A DNA stretch of 64,000 nt from Kiritimatiellia bacterium. Lineage in GTDB: Bacteria > Verrucomicrobiota > Kiritimatiellia > RFP12 > DVOR01. The stretch spans positions 24,932 to 88,931 of the forward strand of contig JAVVWU010000001.1 in assembly GCA_036651955.1 (NCBI GenBank). The letters are read 5' to 3'. The notes beneath the pieces were generated by a model, which was given only the letters and a program-made list of their open reading frames with translations, had not been told where the DNA came from and did no database searches. Positions 28,913 through 39,271 of this stretch are shown piece by piece. Positions within the stretch are counted from its first letter, which is position 1. Each line of letters begins with the position of its first letter. A program made the position numbers and the translations under genes.

Positions 28913-30997
28913 CTAAAACCTAACGTGAAACGAAAGCTCAAACGTCCGTCCATCATTGGCAAACGCTTGAAGATTACGGGCAGACTCAATTCCGCGTGAA
29001 TCGAAAAGGTTCCGCACCGCTAAAATACAGGAGACATTATCGCCGAAAGGAAGCTCCGCAGAGGCATCAAAGGTCAATAGGCTCTTCACCGCATACCGTT
29101 CGCCAGCCGGTTGTCCGCGGAAAGTCATCAGCCAATTATCACGCCATCTTCCGCCAAAGCCCAATACCGTACCGCCTAACCAGCTCGCCTTATAACTCGT
29201 CCAAAATGAAAGGGCGTGAGGCGGAAAGCGATCAAAGCGCAATCCTCGCGTCTTGTCGTAGTAATCAATATATGTATAGGCAAGGAAGAGCGACCAGTTC
29301 TCGGTAATATTGCCACTGGCAGAGAGTTCAATGCCTTGCGAGTTTGTCTTTCCATCTTCCACATACGCCGTTAAATCGGGATCAATGGTATCGGTTACCG
29401 CAACGGGGGCATTGCTCTGATCAATATGAAAATACGTTGTCGAAATCCAAAGGCTCTCAACTGGATTGACGCGAATCCCCGCCTCCTTCTGAATGGCACG
29501 CCAAGTGCCCGATAAATAGTCGGTCGAAGAACTTCCCTGTTGACCACTTTTTGTCCACTTCTTTTGATTGAAGTTTGGCGTATCGGTAAGTGACACATTA
29601 GCGAAAAGAATTGCCCATCCGGCTTCGGCGACATCATACGAGAGCCCCAATCGCGGCGAATACGTCCACGCGTGTTCGTGTTTGACGCTATCATGCCAGT
29701 CGGCACGCAATCCCATCATCAGGCTGACGCCACGCCACTGTGCCAATTCCTGCGCCGTCAGCCCAATCTTCTTCTGCTCTTCTTGACTACTAGCAACTTT
29801 CCCGAGGTCAATCGGTTTTGATCCAAACGATCCCTTGCCTTGGCTTTGCTTCATCGTGATATTCGCGCCGATAATCAACTGATGCTTCACCTCCGAACTG
29901 TCAAACGTAAGGACTGCCTCTTGTCCGGCATACCACGCCCGCGTCAGACGATCACCAGCACCATATTCGTACAGCGCCTTTGGACTAAACCGCGGTGAGG
30001 AGTTCGGTCCGCGATAGTGATAACGGTTTTCCGTTTGGAACATCGACGCGCGTGTCCTCAAGGACAGCCAATCATTCACCTTGCCCTCTACCCGAAACGC
30101 TCCGCCATGCGTCATAAACTGCATTCGATCACCCGCTTCGGCATAGGTAGAATCCCACGAATCACCATTCACCGGTTTGCCAAATGCCGTACGAATACCT
30201 TGGTGCGCCGGTTGATTGCTGTATTGATAGAAAAGATCGGCACCAATCTCCAACCGCTCCTCCAGACGCAATGTCAGGCTCGGCGCAATCGAATACGTCC
30301 GCCCCACGCCAGCAGCTGACAGCGCATACCCCGGCTCACGCCATTCCATCGAAAGTGGCACACGCACCGCAAAATTCTCTTCCGCCACAACTTGATTGAT
30401 ATCGCTCATAAATTTCAACCGCGATCCCGATCCACGCGAATATGAACCACGAACGGTAAAATCACGGAAACTTTGCGTAAAATCGGGACGTTTCGGTTGA
30501 AGGATAATCGTGCCGCCAGCTCCCGACACATCCGACATACTGTTACTCTGACTGCCATACGCGCCGCCGACGGGACCTTTGACGATATCGACTCGTTCGA
30601 GCAGAGAAGGGTCAAGGAACGTCCCAATGCCACCAGTCAAAGGCACACCGCCCAACAGCACCTCATTCCCCGAAAAACCGCGAATCGTATACGCTCCGGC
30701 ATTTCGCGCCATCACCGTTTTTCCGCCTTGGTAAATTCCTGGCTGAAGTGCTAAAAGTTGATCTAAATCGGTCGGATTACGTTCGCGAATAAAGTCGGCG
30801 GTCAACGAATCCACAGTAAAAGGAGACTCCTGCGGCGGCATCTCCAAAAGCATCCCCGCATCGGTCGTTTCTGCGCGATATTTTGGAAGCGCGGCGGCGG
30901 TAACCACGATTGTATCATTGGTGCTAGCAGAAAGCATATTTGAAAGAAGTACAGAAGTAAGCACAAGTGCGTACTGAATGCCATTGACGTATTTCAT
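28913..30997 (-). CDS. TonB-dependent outer-membrane receptor
   Basis: Signal peptide, a plug domain (DTIVVTA...VDIVKGP) and a C-terminal beta-barrel ending in F. Start MKYVNG at 30997. Confidence 0.85.
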   Translation of the reverse strand: MKYVNGIQYALVLTSVLLSNMLSASTNDTIVVTAAALPKYRAETTDAGMLLEMPPQESPFTVDSLTADFIRERNPTDLDQLLALQPGIYQGGKTVMARNAGAYTIRGFSGNEVLLGGVPLTGGIGTFLDPSLLERVDIVKGPVGGAYGSQSNSMSDVSGAGGTIILQPKRPDFTQSFRDFTVRGSYSRGSGSRLKFMSDINQVVAEENFAVRVPLSMEWREPGYALSAAGVGRTYSIAPSLTLRLEERLEIGADLFYQYSNQPAHQGIRTAFGKPVNGDSWDSTYAEAGDRMQFMTHGGAFRVEGKVNDWLSLRTRASMFQTENRYHYRGPNSSPRFSPKALYEYGAGDRLTRAWYAGQEAVLTFDSSEVKHQLIIGANITMKQSQGKGSFGSKPIDLGKVASSQEEQKKIGLTAQELAQWRGVSLMMGLRADWHDSVKHEHAWTYSPRLGLSYDVAEAGWAILFANVSLTDTPNFNQKKWTKSGQQGSSSTDYLSGTWRAIQKEAGIRVNPVESLWISTTYFHIDQSNAPVAVTDTIDPDLTAYVEDGKTNSQGIELSASGNITENWSLFLAYTYIDYYDKTRGLRFDRFPPHALSFWTSYKASWLGGTVLGFGGRWRDNWLMTFRGQPAGERYAVKSLLTFDASAELPFGDNVSCILAVRNLFDSRGIESARNLQAFANDGRTFELSFHVRF

Positions 30998-31163
30998 GCG
31001 CGATAGTTTATCGGATAAAAAAAAGTGGCGCAAGCGTCTTTCGTTGCCGCCTCGTCCTCCACTGACCTCTGGCAAAAACTTCGCCCCACGCTCTCGCCCC
31101 TCTCCGCCGTCGCTTCGCTTCAACCGCTATCCTAAAGCGCCCTTGCCAGAATCGTGCCAATAC

Positions 31164-31529
31164 TGCATAAGTCCTACTTGCGTTGCCGACATCAAACGAT
31201 ACTTATGCAGAGCGCACGAACAGCACAAGCCGACGCCTCGCTCGCGTACCTCAGTGAGGCGGAGCGTCTACCTCACTGAGGTACGAGGTCAAGGTCAATG
31301 AGGTAGAGGTCGTACCTCACTGAGGTGCGCGGGCAAACCTTTTGCAATATCTCTTGAAATTTGTTGAGGCTACGACTAAAGCACGATAAATGAAGGAGTA
31401 AGGGGCGTCTCCTCAGACTGTTTCCCACGCCTCAAACTATAAGCGACGCTTGCCGACTTATCAGAGCGTGTTATGCCGCTCTAATTCCTGCATAAGTGTA
31501 GGAAGGAAATAAAATGTCTATTTGAAATT
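31164..31529. repeat. multi-hairpin intergenic repeat element, copy A (366 bp)
   Basis: Starts with ctgcataagt, a 28-nt loop, then acttatgcag. Then three tandem hairpins built from cctcagtgagg/cctcactgagg arms. Then a conserved core ttgcaatatctcttgaaatttgttga..gactaaagcacga. Ends with a third ctgcataagt and tctatttgaaat. Collinear with copy B. Confidence 0.75.
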
Positions 31530-31687
31530 GGCTCATCGGCGAGGAGATGGGCAACGGCGAAAGAGAGTCTTATCGACTCCTCTATTAAAGTATTCGCTAC
31601 CCTCTTGTTGGAGTATGAAAAGTTTTGAAAATAGTGTTTGTGTCAAAGATTCAATTTTAGTATACTTTGTCTCGTTTTATGCTTTCT

Positions 31688-31772
31688 GGTGGGGTACCGA
31701 AGTGGACAACCGGGGCAGACTGTAAATCTGCTGTCTATGACTTCCTTGGTTCGAATCCAAGCCCCACCACCA
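31688..31772 (+). tRNA. tRNA-Tyr (anticodon GTA), type II with a long variable arm
   Basis: Acceptor GGTGGGG/CCCCACC, anticodon loop CTGTAAA, long variable arm, T-loop GGTTCGAATCC, encoded CCA. Confidence 0.9.
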
Positions 31773-31778
31773 TTTTCA

Positions 31779-31809
31779 AGCCTGCAAACTTATGTTTGCA
31801 GGCTTTTTA
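31779..31809 (+). terminator. Rho-independent terminator after tRNA-Tyr
   Basis: agcctgcaaac ttatg tttgcaggct followed by ttttt. Confidence 0.7.
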
Positions 31810-31932
31810 TATGCTCCACGCAACACTTTTGCTCGCACTCCTTACCTACTATAAAGGCGTATCCGCGGTTATACGAGCCGTTTTAGAATCTCTTAAAACA
31901 TTGCCGCGAATCCTTTTTTATGCACTTTCGAC

Positions 31933-31962
31933 TTGATTTACTATCCACGAGGCAGGTATAAT
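31933..31962 (+). promoter_or_regulatory. putative promoter of the V-ATPase operon
   Basis: TTGATT (31933-31938), an 18-nt spacer and TATAAT (31957-31962), about 25 nt before the atpE ATG. Confidence 0.45.
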
Positions 31963-31987
31963 ATTCGCGTAAGTAAGAAAGGCCTGT

Positions 31988-32563
31988 ATGGAAAACCTAG
32001 ATGCACTATTAGACAAGATTCGCAAGGACGGCGTCGAAACGGCACAAGCCGAAGCCGATGCGTTAATTGCCAAGGCGCAAGAATCTGCAACGGCGCTTCT
32101 CGCTCAAGCAAAGGCTGAAGCCAAACTGGTTGTAGAGAAGGCGAAAGCAGATGCCGATCGTCTGGCACAAGGTGCGGAAGCAACGCTTCGTCAGGCGGCA
32201 CGCGATGTCATTATTCAATTGGGACAGGAAGTAACGGCACTCTTCGATCGAACGTTGGGTGGCGCAGTAGATTCCGCCCTCAACACGCAAGCTTTCATAG
32301 AAACGTTAGTGACGGAAGCGGTAACGGCGTATCTCCAGACGGGGGACGTGACGCTTGTCGCCAATCCGGCATTAGTCGCTACGCTCAAAGCGCGTCTTGC
32401 CGAACAGAAAAATGTCACCGTAGTGACCGATGCGCGGACAGGCGCAGGATTCAAAGTGCGGTTAGAAGGCGGACGTGTAGAGCACGACTTTACCGCCGAT
32501 TCAATTACCGCTTCTCTCGCCGCATTGCTTCGTCCTCAATTGGCAGCTTTGTTGAAAGACTAA
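31988..32563 (+). CDS. atpE: V-type ATPase subunit E
   Basis: 191 aa, largely helical and coiled-coil, in first position of a V-ATPase operon, as in Chlamydia and spirochaete operons. Confidence 0.75.
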   Translation: MENLDALLDKIRKDGVETAQAEADALIAKAQESATALLAQAKAEAKLVVEKAKADADRLAQGAEATLRQAARDVIIQLGQEVTALFDRTLGGAVDSALNTQAFIETLVTEAVTAYLQTGDVTLVANPALVATLKARLAEQKNVTVVTDARTGAGFKVRLEGGRVEHDFTADSITASLAALLRPQLAALLKD

Positions 32564-32564
32564 C

Positions 32565-33095
32565 ATGAGTTTAGGCTACCTCTTAGCTTCGCTTCCAATG
32601 CTTTACCCTGACCGTGCGCCACAGGTAACGGTCGAAGCATTTGTTTCAGCTTGTGAAAGTGCCGTCGGTGCGGAAGATGCTTTGGCGGCGGCACTTTTGG
32701 CTCGAAACGACCCACGTCCGAGCCGTCACCGGTACGTTCTGGCGTGGCGTGATTTTGAAAACGCCATCGACGGCGCGATTGGACGGCGGCGAATTGCCAA
32801 GCGTGGTACTGGTGCAGCAGATTTTGTACCGCCCGAAACATCGTTGTATCCGGTGGGACTTGTGCGTGCGATTGATGCCGCCTTTGAATCTGCACCCGAT
32901 CCTTTAGCGCGTGAAGAAGCGTTATTGCGCGTGCGCTGGGCGGCGGCAGAAGAAATGGGTGGCGCAGATCCTCATGCGCGAAGTCAACTTTTTGCTTATG
33001 CCGCGAAACTCTCTATGACCGCGGCGCGCGCAGCGCGAGATACTGAAAAGGGACGCGTTCGGTTGGACGCCGCATTGCCTCAACAAACGCTCTAA
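32565..33095 (+). CDS. V-ATPase operon-associated hypothetical protein (DUF2764-like position between E and A)
   Basis: 176 aa with no catalytic motif. Occupies the slot held by a conserved hypothetical in Chlamydia, Treponema and Borrelia V-ATPase operons. Confidence 0.5.
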   Translation: MSLGYLLASLPMLYPDRAPQVTVEAFVSACESAVGAEDALAAALLARNDPRPSRHRYVLAWRDFENAIDGAIGRRRIAKRGTGAADFVPPETSLYPVGLVRAIDAAFESAPDPLAREEALLRVRWAAAEEMGGADPHARSQLFAYAAKLSMTAARAARDTEKGRVRLDAALPQQTL

Positions 33096-33107
33096 AGGTA
33101 AGGCTAC

Positions 33108-34856
33108 ATGGAAAAAACAATCGGTCAAGTAACAGGCGTCAATGGCAACATGATTACGGTGGCATTTGCCAGTGTCGTGGCGCAGAATGAAGTCGGATAT
33201 GCGTGCATTGATCGGGGAAACGGTCAACGGCTCCGTTTGATGAGCGAAATTGTCCGTATCCGTAATGGTGTCGCTGACTTGCAAGTCTTTGAAGATACAC
33301 GCGACCTCAAAGTCGGCGATGACTTGGAATTTTCAGGTGATATGCTTTCTGCGGAATTGGGTCCCGGACTTTTGGGGCAAATCTATGACGGATTGCTCAA
33401 TCCGCTACCGCAATTAGCCGAACAATGCGGCTTCTTCTTGCAGCGCGGTACCTATCTTCCTTCATTGGATCGTGCTGCCAAGTGGGCGTTTACGCCTACG
33501 GTTCAAGTAGGCGATCGCTTAACCGCTGGCGAAACACTCGGAACGGTTCCCGAAGGCGTTTACACGCACCGAATCATGGTGCCCTTTGCGTGGCGCGATC
33601 TCTATACGGTCAAATCTCTCATGCCTGCCGGTGAATACACCGTCGAAGATACGGTTGCCATTCTGACCGATACTCAAGCGGTAGAGCACGAAGTCAAGCT
33701 TATGCAAAAGTGGCCGGTCAAGCTCCCGATTACGTGCTACACGGAGCGGTTACGCCCGAGCGAAACGCTCTCAACCGGCGTGCGTGAAGTCGATACGTTC
33801 TTCCCTGTAGCATTAGGCGGTACCTATTGCATTCCCGGTCCTTTCGGTGCCGGAAAGACGGTGATTCAGCACCAGACCTCCCGCTATGCGGACGTGGATA
33901 TTGTAATTGTGGCGGCGTGTGGCGAACGTGCCGGTGAAGTCGTTGAAACGCTGCGTGAATTTCCCGAATTGCAAGATCCCAAGACAGGGCGTTCGCTCAT
34001 GGAACGTACGGTGATTATTTGCAACACCTCCTCGATGCCGGTGGCGGCGCGTGAAGCTTCCGTTTATACGGCGGTGACCTTAGCCGGATATTACCGGCAG
34101 ATGGGACTCAATGTTTTGCTTCTGGCAGACTCCACCTCCCGTTGGGCGCAGGCGCTGCGTGAAATGTCGGGACGCTTGGAAGAAATTCCCGGCGATGAAG
34201 CGTTCCCTGCCTATCTTGAATCGGTGATTGCAGGCTTTTATGAACGCGCTGGACGCGTGCGGCTCAAAGACGGTTCCATTGGCTCCGTCACGATTGGCGG
34301 CACCGTTTCCCCTGCTGGCGGTAACTTCGATGAACCGGTAACGCAAGCAACGCTCAAAGTCGTAGGTGCTTTCCACGGACTTTCGCGCGCACGTTCCGAT
34401 GCCCGCCGATTCCCTGCAATTGATCCTTTGGATTCGTGGTCGAAGTACAAGAGTGTCATTGACCAGCCGCGCGTCGAAGCTATGCGCGGACTGATTCGCA
34501 AAGGTTCGGATGTCGAACAGATGATGAAGGTCGTCGGCGAAGAGGGAACGGCAATGCCCGACTTCTTGAACTATCTCCGAAAAGAATTGATTGACACCGT
34601 TTACCTTCAACAAAACGCGTTTAACGAAGTCGATGCTTGCGCTCCAGTGGCACGTCAACGCGACACGTTCGCCGTTTTGGAAGATTTGGTAGGCGCAGAC
34701 TTTGCTTTTGAAGACAAGGCGGCGGCACGCCATACGTTCCTGCGCTTCCAGCAGGCGTTTATTGATTGGAATAATACGCCAGCGGAAACACCCGACTATG
34801 AAACGCGCAAAGCTGCGCTTTATACGCTCATTGAGGAGGCGCCTAAGAATGCATAA
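33108..34856 (+). CDS. atpA: V-type ATPase catalytic subunit A
   Basis: Walker A GPFGAGKT and an A-subunit non-homologous insert, 582 aa. Confidence 0.95.
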   Translation: MEKTIGQVTGVNGNMITVAFASVVAQNEVGYACIDRGNGQRLRLMSEIVRIRNGVADLQVFEDTRDLKVGDDLEFSGDMLSAELGPGLLGQIYDGLLNPLPQLAEQCGFFLQRGTYLPSLDRAAKWAFTPTVQVGDRLTAGETLGTVPEGVYTHRIMVPFAWRDLYTVKSLMPAGEYTVEDTVAILTDTQAVEHEVKLMQKWPVKLPITCYTERLRPSETLSTGVREVDTFFPVALGGTYCIPGPFGAGKTVIQHQTSRYADVDIVIVAACGERAGEVVETLREFPELQDPKTGRSLMERTVIICNTSSMPVAAREASVYTAVTLAGYYRQMGLNVLLLADSTSRWAQALREMSGRLEEIPGDEAFPAYLESVIAGFYERAGRVRLKDGSIGSVTIGGTVSPAGGNFDEPVTQATLKVVGAFHGLSRARSDARRFPAIDPLDSWSKYKSVIDQPRVEAMRGLIRKGSDVEQMMKVVGEEGTAMPDFLNYLRKELIDTVYLQQNAFNEVDACAPVARQRDTFAVLEDLVGADFAFEDKAAARHTFLRFQQAFIDWNNTPAETPDYETRKAALYTLIEEAPKNA

Positions 34857-36147
34857 GCTCTATCATCGTATCGACAATATTTCCGGCTCCGTCGTGACGC
34901 TTCGTGCAACGGGCGTACGGAACAAAGAACTGGCAGAGATTGAATCGCGTACCGGGACGTCTCTCGCGCAGGTCATCAAGCTTGCCGGCGATGAAGTCAC
35001 ACTTCAAGTATTCGCCGGTGCGCGTGGCATTGCCGTCGATGCCGAAGTTAAATTCCTCGGACATCCGATGCAAGTCCCATTTGGTGACGAATTGCTCGGA
35101 CGCGTGTTTACCGGTTCGGCTCGTCCGCGTGACAATGGACCTGAACTTTCGATGAGCCCCACCGACATCGGCACGCCTTCGGTAAATCCTGCCAAACGTA
35201 TTATCCCGCGCCATATGGTGCGTACCGGTATCCCGATGATTGACGTTTTCAATACGTTGGTTGAAAGTCAAAAGCTCCCCATTTTCGCTCGCGCCGGTGA
35301 ACCTTACAATGACCTTTTGGCGCGAATCGCATTGCAGGCGGAAGTTGACATTATCATTTTGGGCGGGATGGGATTGAAGCACGATGATTATCTCGCCTTC
35401 CGTGATACGCTGGACGCTTCGGGCGCATTGTCACGCACCGTTATGTTTGTTCATACCGCCGCCGATCCGGTTGTGGAATGTATGCTCGTGCCTGATTTGT
35501 CGCTCGCCGTGGCAGAACAGTTCGCATTGAAGGGGAAACGCGTCTTGGTGTTGCTCACCGATATGACTTCGTTTGCCGATGCGATGAAGGAAATCGCCAT
35601 TACGATGGAGCAAATTCCTTCCAACCGCGGTTATCCCGGCGACCTCTATTCGCAATTGGCCTCTCGTTACGAAAAAGCCGTTGACTTTGAAGGTGCCGGT
35701 TCGATTACGATTCTCGCCGTCACCACGATGCCGGGCGATGACGTCACGCACCCTGTCCCTGATAACACCGGCTACATCACCGAAGGACAGTTCTACCTGC
35801 GCAATGGACGCATTGAACCTTTCGGCTCGCTTTCGCGTCTCAAACAGCAAGTCAACAAAGACACGCGCGCCGACCATCGCACCATTATGGACGCCATGAT
35901 TAAACTCTATGCGCAGTACAAAGATGCGGCAGAGAAGCAATCCATGGGCTTCCGTATGAGTGACTGGGATAAGAAACTGTTGAAATACGGGACGCTCTTT
36001 GAACAGAAGATGATGGATATTTCCGTCAATATTCCATTGGAACAAGCCTTGGACTTAGGATGGGAAATCCTTGCCGATTGCTTTGAGCCTATGGAGTCCG
36101 GTATCCCCACGCAAATGACCGATCAGTTTTGGCCCAAAAAGAGTTAA
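34849..36147 (+). CDS. atpB: V-type ATPase subunit B
   Basis: Start [15 protein letters not shown] at 34849 overlaps the atpA stop. B-subunit fold without a functional P-loop. Confidence 0.9.
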   Translation: MHKLYHRIDNISGSVVTLRATGVRNKELAEIESRTGTSLAQVIKLAGDEVTLQVFAGARGIAVDAEVKFLGHPMQVPFGDELLGRVFTGSARPRDNGPELSMSPTDIGTPSVNPAKRIIPRHMVRTGIPMIDVFNTLVESQKLPIFARAGEPYNDLLARIALQAEVDIIILGGMGLKHDDYLAFRDTLDASGALSRTVMFVHTAADPVVECMLVPDLSLAVAEQFALKGKRVLVLLTDMTSFADAMKEIAITMEQIPSNRGYPGDLYSQLASRYEKAVDFEGAGSITILAVTTMPGDDVTHPVPDNTGYITEGQFYLRNGRIEPFGSLSRLKQQVNKDTRADHRTIMDAMIKLYAQYKDAAEKQSMGFRMSDWDKKLLKYGTLFEQKMMDISVNIPLEQALDLGWEILADCFEPMESGIPTQMTDQFWPKKS

Positions 36148-36153
36148 AACGTT

Positions 36154-36765
36154 ATGGCGAAAATCAAACACACCAAAACGGAAATGAAAGCGCAAAGTGA
36201 TGCGCTGAAGCGGTTCCAACGCTTTTTGCCGATGTTGCAATTAAAGAAGCAACAGTTGCAGGCGGAAATTGCCGGAATCTCGCTGAAACTCTCCGAAGTG
36301 CAAGCGCGCGAAGCGGTGGCACGGAAACGTTTGGAAACGTGGATTTCGCTCTATGCCGATGCCGATGTCGCACCGGAACGGTTGGTCTCATTTAACAAAG
36401 TTTTAACCGCTTCTGGAAATATCGCCGGCGTTGCCATTCCGCTCTATGAAGGTATTGATGCCGTTCCGACCGTGCTGGATCCTTTCCGTACGCCGGCGTG
36501 GACCGATGATGCGCAAACGATGTTGGCGGAATTGATGGCGCTTCGTGCCGAAGGCGATGTGTTACGTCGGCAACGGGAGTTGATTCAAGAAGAACTTCAT
36601 ACCACCGCGCAACGCGTCAACCTCTTTGAAAAGGTTAAAATCCCCGAGTGCAAAGAGAACATTCGCGTCATTCGTATCTTTATCGGTGACGAGCAAACTG
36701 CCGCCGTGGTGCGCGGAAAAATTGCCAAGGGACGTGCGCCCCAACAAGAGGAGGCGACCGCATGA
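36154..36765 (+). CDS. atpD: V-type ATPase subunit D
   Basis: 203 aa helical central-stalk protein, immediately after B. Confidence 0.8.
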   Translation: MAKIKHTKTEMKAQSDALKRFQRFLPMLQLKKQQLQAEIAGISLKLSEVQAREAVARKRLETWISLYADADVAPERLVSFNKVLTASGNIAGVAIPLYEGIDAVPTVLDPFRTPAWTDDAQTMLAELMALRAEGDVLRRQRELIQEELHTTAQRVNLFEKVKIPECKENIRVIRIFIGDEQTAAVVRGKIAKGRAPQQEEATA

Positions 36766-38615
36766 TTGTGCCAATGGAACAGCTCATTTTGCTCTGTGCG
36801 ACCGCAGATCGAGCCTCTGCACTGGAAGCTTTACGTGCATTAGGATGCGTCCACGTCCGGCTTGAATTGCGCGACAGCGAACCCATTCGTCGAGCCGCCA
36901 TGACGGTGGCTTCGGTGGAACAGTCCCTTCGCATTCTTTCAATCGCAGAAACCAACGGGCTTTTTGCGTTCAAGCCGGAAACGGATTCGCCCGTCGCAAC
37001 GATGACGGTCCCCGAACTGCTTGCCGCAGCGGAAGCGCTTCAATCGTTGGACTCCGTTATCGATGTCACGCGTGCCGCAGAATTGATTACGCGGCTTCGC
37101 GAAGAACATTTTACATTACGGCAAACGCTCCACCGCTATCACCCGTTTGGAAGTCTCACGCCGGCAACCATTCAAATGCTCAAGGCAAAAGGACTTCCGG
37201 TCACGCTTTTCAAACTTTCCGAAAAGTCTGCCGCAGCACTGGATGCAGCGACTCCGGAAGCGGTGCTGTGCGTTCACTTTGGTGTTGAAGCCGCCTTCCT
37301 TTATGGCGCATGGGTCGGCGTCGCGCCTTTGCCCGAAGGCTGTGAAGTCCTTCCGCTCCCCGCTCTTTCCACTGCGGAAATGACGGCAGATGCCGAACGC
37401 ACCGAAAGTGTTGCACACGCACTCCTCCATCGGCTGGCGAATGCCGTCGAAACATTGCGTCCGCAATTCGTTCGCCTCCTCGCACAAAAGAGTGAGAGTA
37501 AAGCGTTCGCGGAAGTCTCCGAAAATCTTCGCACCGAAGGTTCGGTCGCATATCTCTTGGGATATGTACCGCAAAGAGCACAAGCAGAACTTTTGGCAAA
37601 AGCGTCCGCGAACGGTTGGGGGCTTGCACTCAATCCGCCCGAACCGGATGATCCGCATGTCCCCGTTATGCTCGAACCGCCACGCGGATTTCGTGCCATT
37701 ACGACACTGTTCAAAGGATTGGGAATTTTACCGGGCTATGCGGAAAGTGATATCAGCGTTCCGTTCTATGTCTTTTTCTCGCTCTTCTTTGCGATGCTCA
37801 TTGGTGATGCCGGATATGGCGCACTCATGCTTCTAGGCGTCGGTGCGGCAGCGTGGAAACTTCATGCCAAGAAAGCCGCACGCCCCGTGCTGCTGATCTT
37901 CTCGGTCTTTTGCCTTGCAACGATTCTGTGGGGCGTTCTCTCCGGAACATATTTTGGCATCAACCATCAACAGCTCCCTGCCTGTCTCACGGCATTGCCA
38001 ACGGTCGATTGGCTCGGCAATCAGGACAATATTATGTTCCTGTGCTTTGCCATTGGAGCCGTTCATCTCTGTCTGGCGCGATTGTGGAACGCGATTTGTC
38101 TCGCCCCGAATACTAAAGCATTGGCAGAACTCGGATGGATGGGCGTCACGATTTCAATGTTTCTAATTGTCGCAGGCATTGTCGTGAGTTGGTTTACGCA
38201 ACCGACATGGACGTGGTGGCTCCTCGGTGGAAGTGTCGCACTGATTGCACTCTTTATGCTCAAGCCGTGCGAACTCAAAACGCAAGGTGTCTCTCTGGGA
38301 ATGCTTCCGCTCAACGTCATCAGCTCCATGGGCGATGTCATCAGTTACGTGCGTCTTTTTGCCGTGGGGCTGGCTTCGGTAAAAGTCGCAGAAAACTTCA
38401 ACACCATGGCGTTCCAGCTTGAAATGCCGATGGTCTTTCGCATTCTCTGTATCTGTCTCATTCTGCTTTTGGGACACGGGCTGAACTTAGCAATGGGCGC
38501 ACTTTCAATTCTTGTACATGCCGTGCGTCTCAATACACTCGAATTTTCAGGCGCGAAGGGAATTACGTGGTGCGGCGTGCCCTACGTTCCCTTCCGTTCA
38601 ACTTCTCAACAGTAA
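36762..38615 (+). CDS. atpI: V-type ATPase subunit I (a-subunit)
   Basis: 617 aa with a cytoplasmic N-terminal half and a C-terminal half of about 7-8 TM helices. Overlaps the atpD stop. Confidence 0.85.
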   Translation: MIVPMEQLILLCATADRASALEALRALGCVHVRLELRDSEPIRRAAMTVASVEQSLRILSIAETNGLFAFKPETDSPVATMTVPELLAAAEALQSLDSVIDVTRAAELITRLREEHFTLRQTLHRYHPFGSLTPATIQMLKAKGLPVTLFKLSEKSAAALDAATPEAVLCVHFGVEAAFLYGAWVGVAPLPEGCEVLPLPALSTAEMTADAERTESVAHALLHRLANAVETLRPQFVRLLAQKSESKAFAEVSENLRTEGSVAYLLGYVPQRAQAELLAKASANGWGLALNPPEPDDPHVPVMLEPPRGFRAITTLFKGLGILPGYAESDISVPFYVFFSLFFAMLIGDAGYGALMLLGVGAAAWKLHAKKAARPVLLIFSVFCLATILWGVLSGTYFGINHQQLPACLTALPTVDWLGNQDNIMFLCFAIGAVHLCLARLWNAICLAPNTKALAELGWMGVTISMFLIVAGIVVSWFTQPTWTWWLLGGSVALIALFMLKPCELKTQGVSLGMLPLNVISSMGDVISYVRLFAVGLASVKVAENFNTMAFQLEMPMVFRILCICLILLLGHGLNLAMGALSILVHAVRLNTLEFSGAKGITWCGVPYVPFRSTSQQ

Positions 38616-38628
38616 AGGAAAACATCAC

Positions 38629-39111
38629 ATGGATATGAACATTGCTCTGGGCGTTGCTGGTGCCGTAACCTGTCTCGCTCTTTCCGCCGTTGGCTCGGCA
38701 TTTGGAACTGGATTTGCAGCGGCAGGTGCCGTAGGCGCATGGAAGAAATGCTATGCACAAAACCGCCCTGCGCCTTTCCTTTTGCTCGCTTACGTCGGCG
38801 CGCCGATTACACAAACGCTCTACGGTATGATTCTTATGTTTACGATGATTGGCACCGCGACTGCCAAGGCAGGAATCTTGCCGGGCGCAGGATTGGCAAT
38901 GTTAATCCTCGGAGCCTTTGCCGGCATTGCCATTGGAATGTCCGCACTCTTTCAGGGACGTGCCGCAGGATGTGCCGCCGATGCACAGGGCGAAACCGGT
39001 CAAGGCTTCACCAACAACCTTGCCGCGCTCGGTATCATTGAAACCGTCGCCATCTTCGTCATGGTCTTTACGCTCATTGCCGTAGGTAAGCTGGTCGTTG
39101 TCGCCGCCTAA
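38629..39111 (+). CDS. atpK: V-type ATPase proteolipid subunit K (c-ring)
   Basis: 160 aa, four TM helices, Gly/Ala-rich hairpins duplicated in tandem. Confidence 0.85.
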   Translation: MDMNIALGVAGAVTCLALSAVGSAFGTGFAAAGAVGAWKKCYAQNRPAPFLLLAYVGAPITQTLYGMILMFTMIGTATAKAGILPGAGLAMLILGAFAGIAIGMSALFQGRAAGCAADAQGETGQGFTNNLAALGIIETVAIFVMVFTLIAVGKLVVVAA

Positions 39112-39137
39112 AGGGCAGCTCTCGCGCCGCTCATTTT

Positions 39138-39183
39138 CAGGACATACCTGCGATTTTCATCACAGGTATGTCCTGTATCATTT
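39138..39183 (+). terminator. Rho-independent terminator of the V-ATPase operon
   Basis: caggacatacctg cgattttcatca caggtatgtcctg: a 13-bp stem followed by tatcattt. Confidence 0.7.
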
Positions 39184-39271
39184 GGAATACAGAGGCAGAA
39201 GCGCATATTTAATTCATGCGATATTCTCCGTTCGGTGATAGACTGATTCAAGTCTTAATGCAAGGAGTATA

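Noticed and set aside
30978-31301. 107-aa + strand ORF spanning the start of repeat copy A
   Set aside because: Its reading frame runs through the palindromic hairpin cluster (..YLTEVRGQGQ*). The same DNA in copy B is not in a conserved frame, so the repeat is noncoding.
31164-31529. Possibility that the repeats are a CRISPR array or an IS/transposon
   Set aside because: There is no regular repeat-spacer periodicity and no cas or transposase genes. The repeated units are internal palindromes within a single about 365-bp element, not arrayed direct repeats.
34080-34733. 217-aa minus-strand ORF
   Set aside because: It lies entirely inside and antisense to V-ATPase subunit A.
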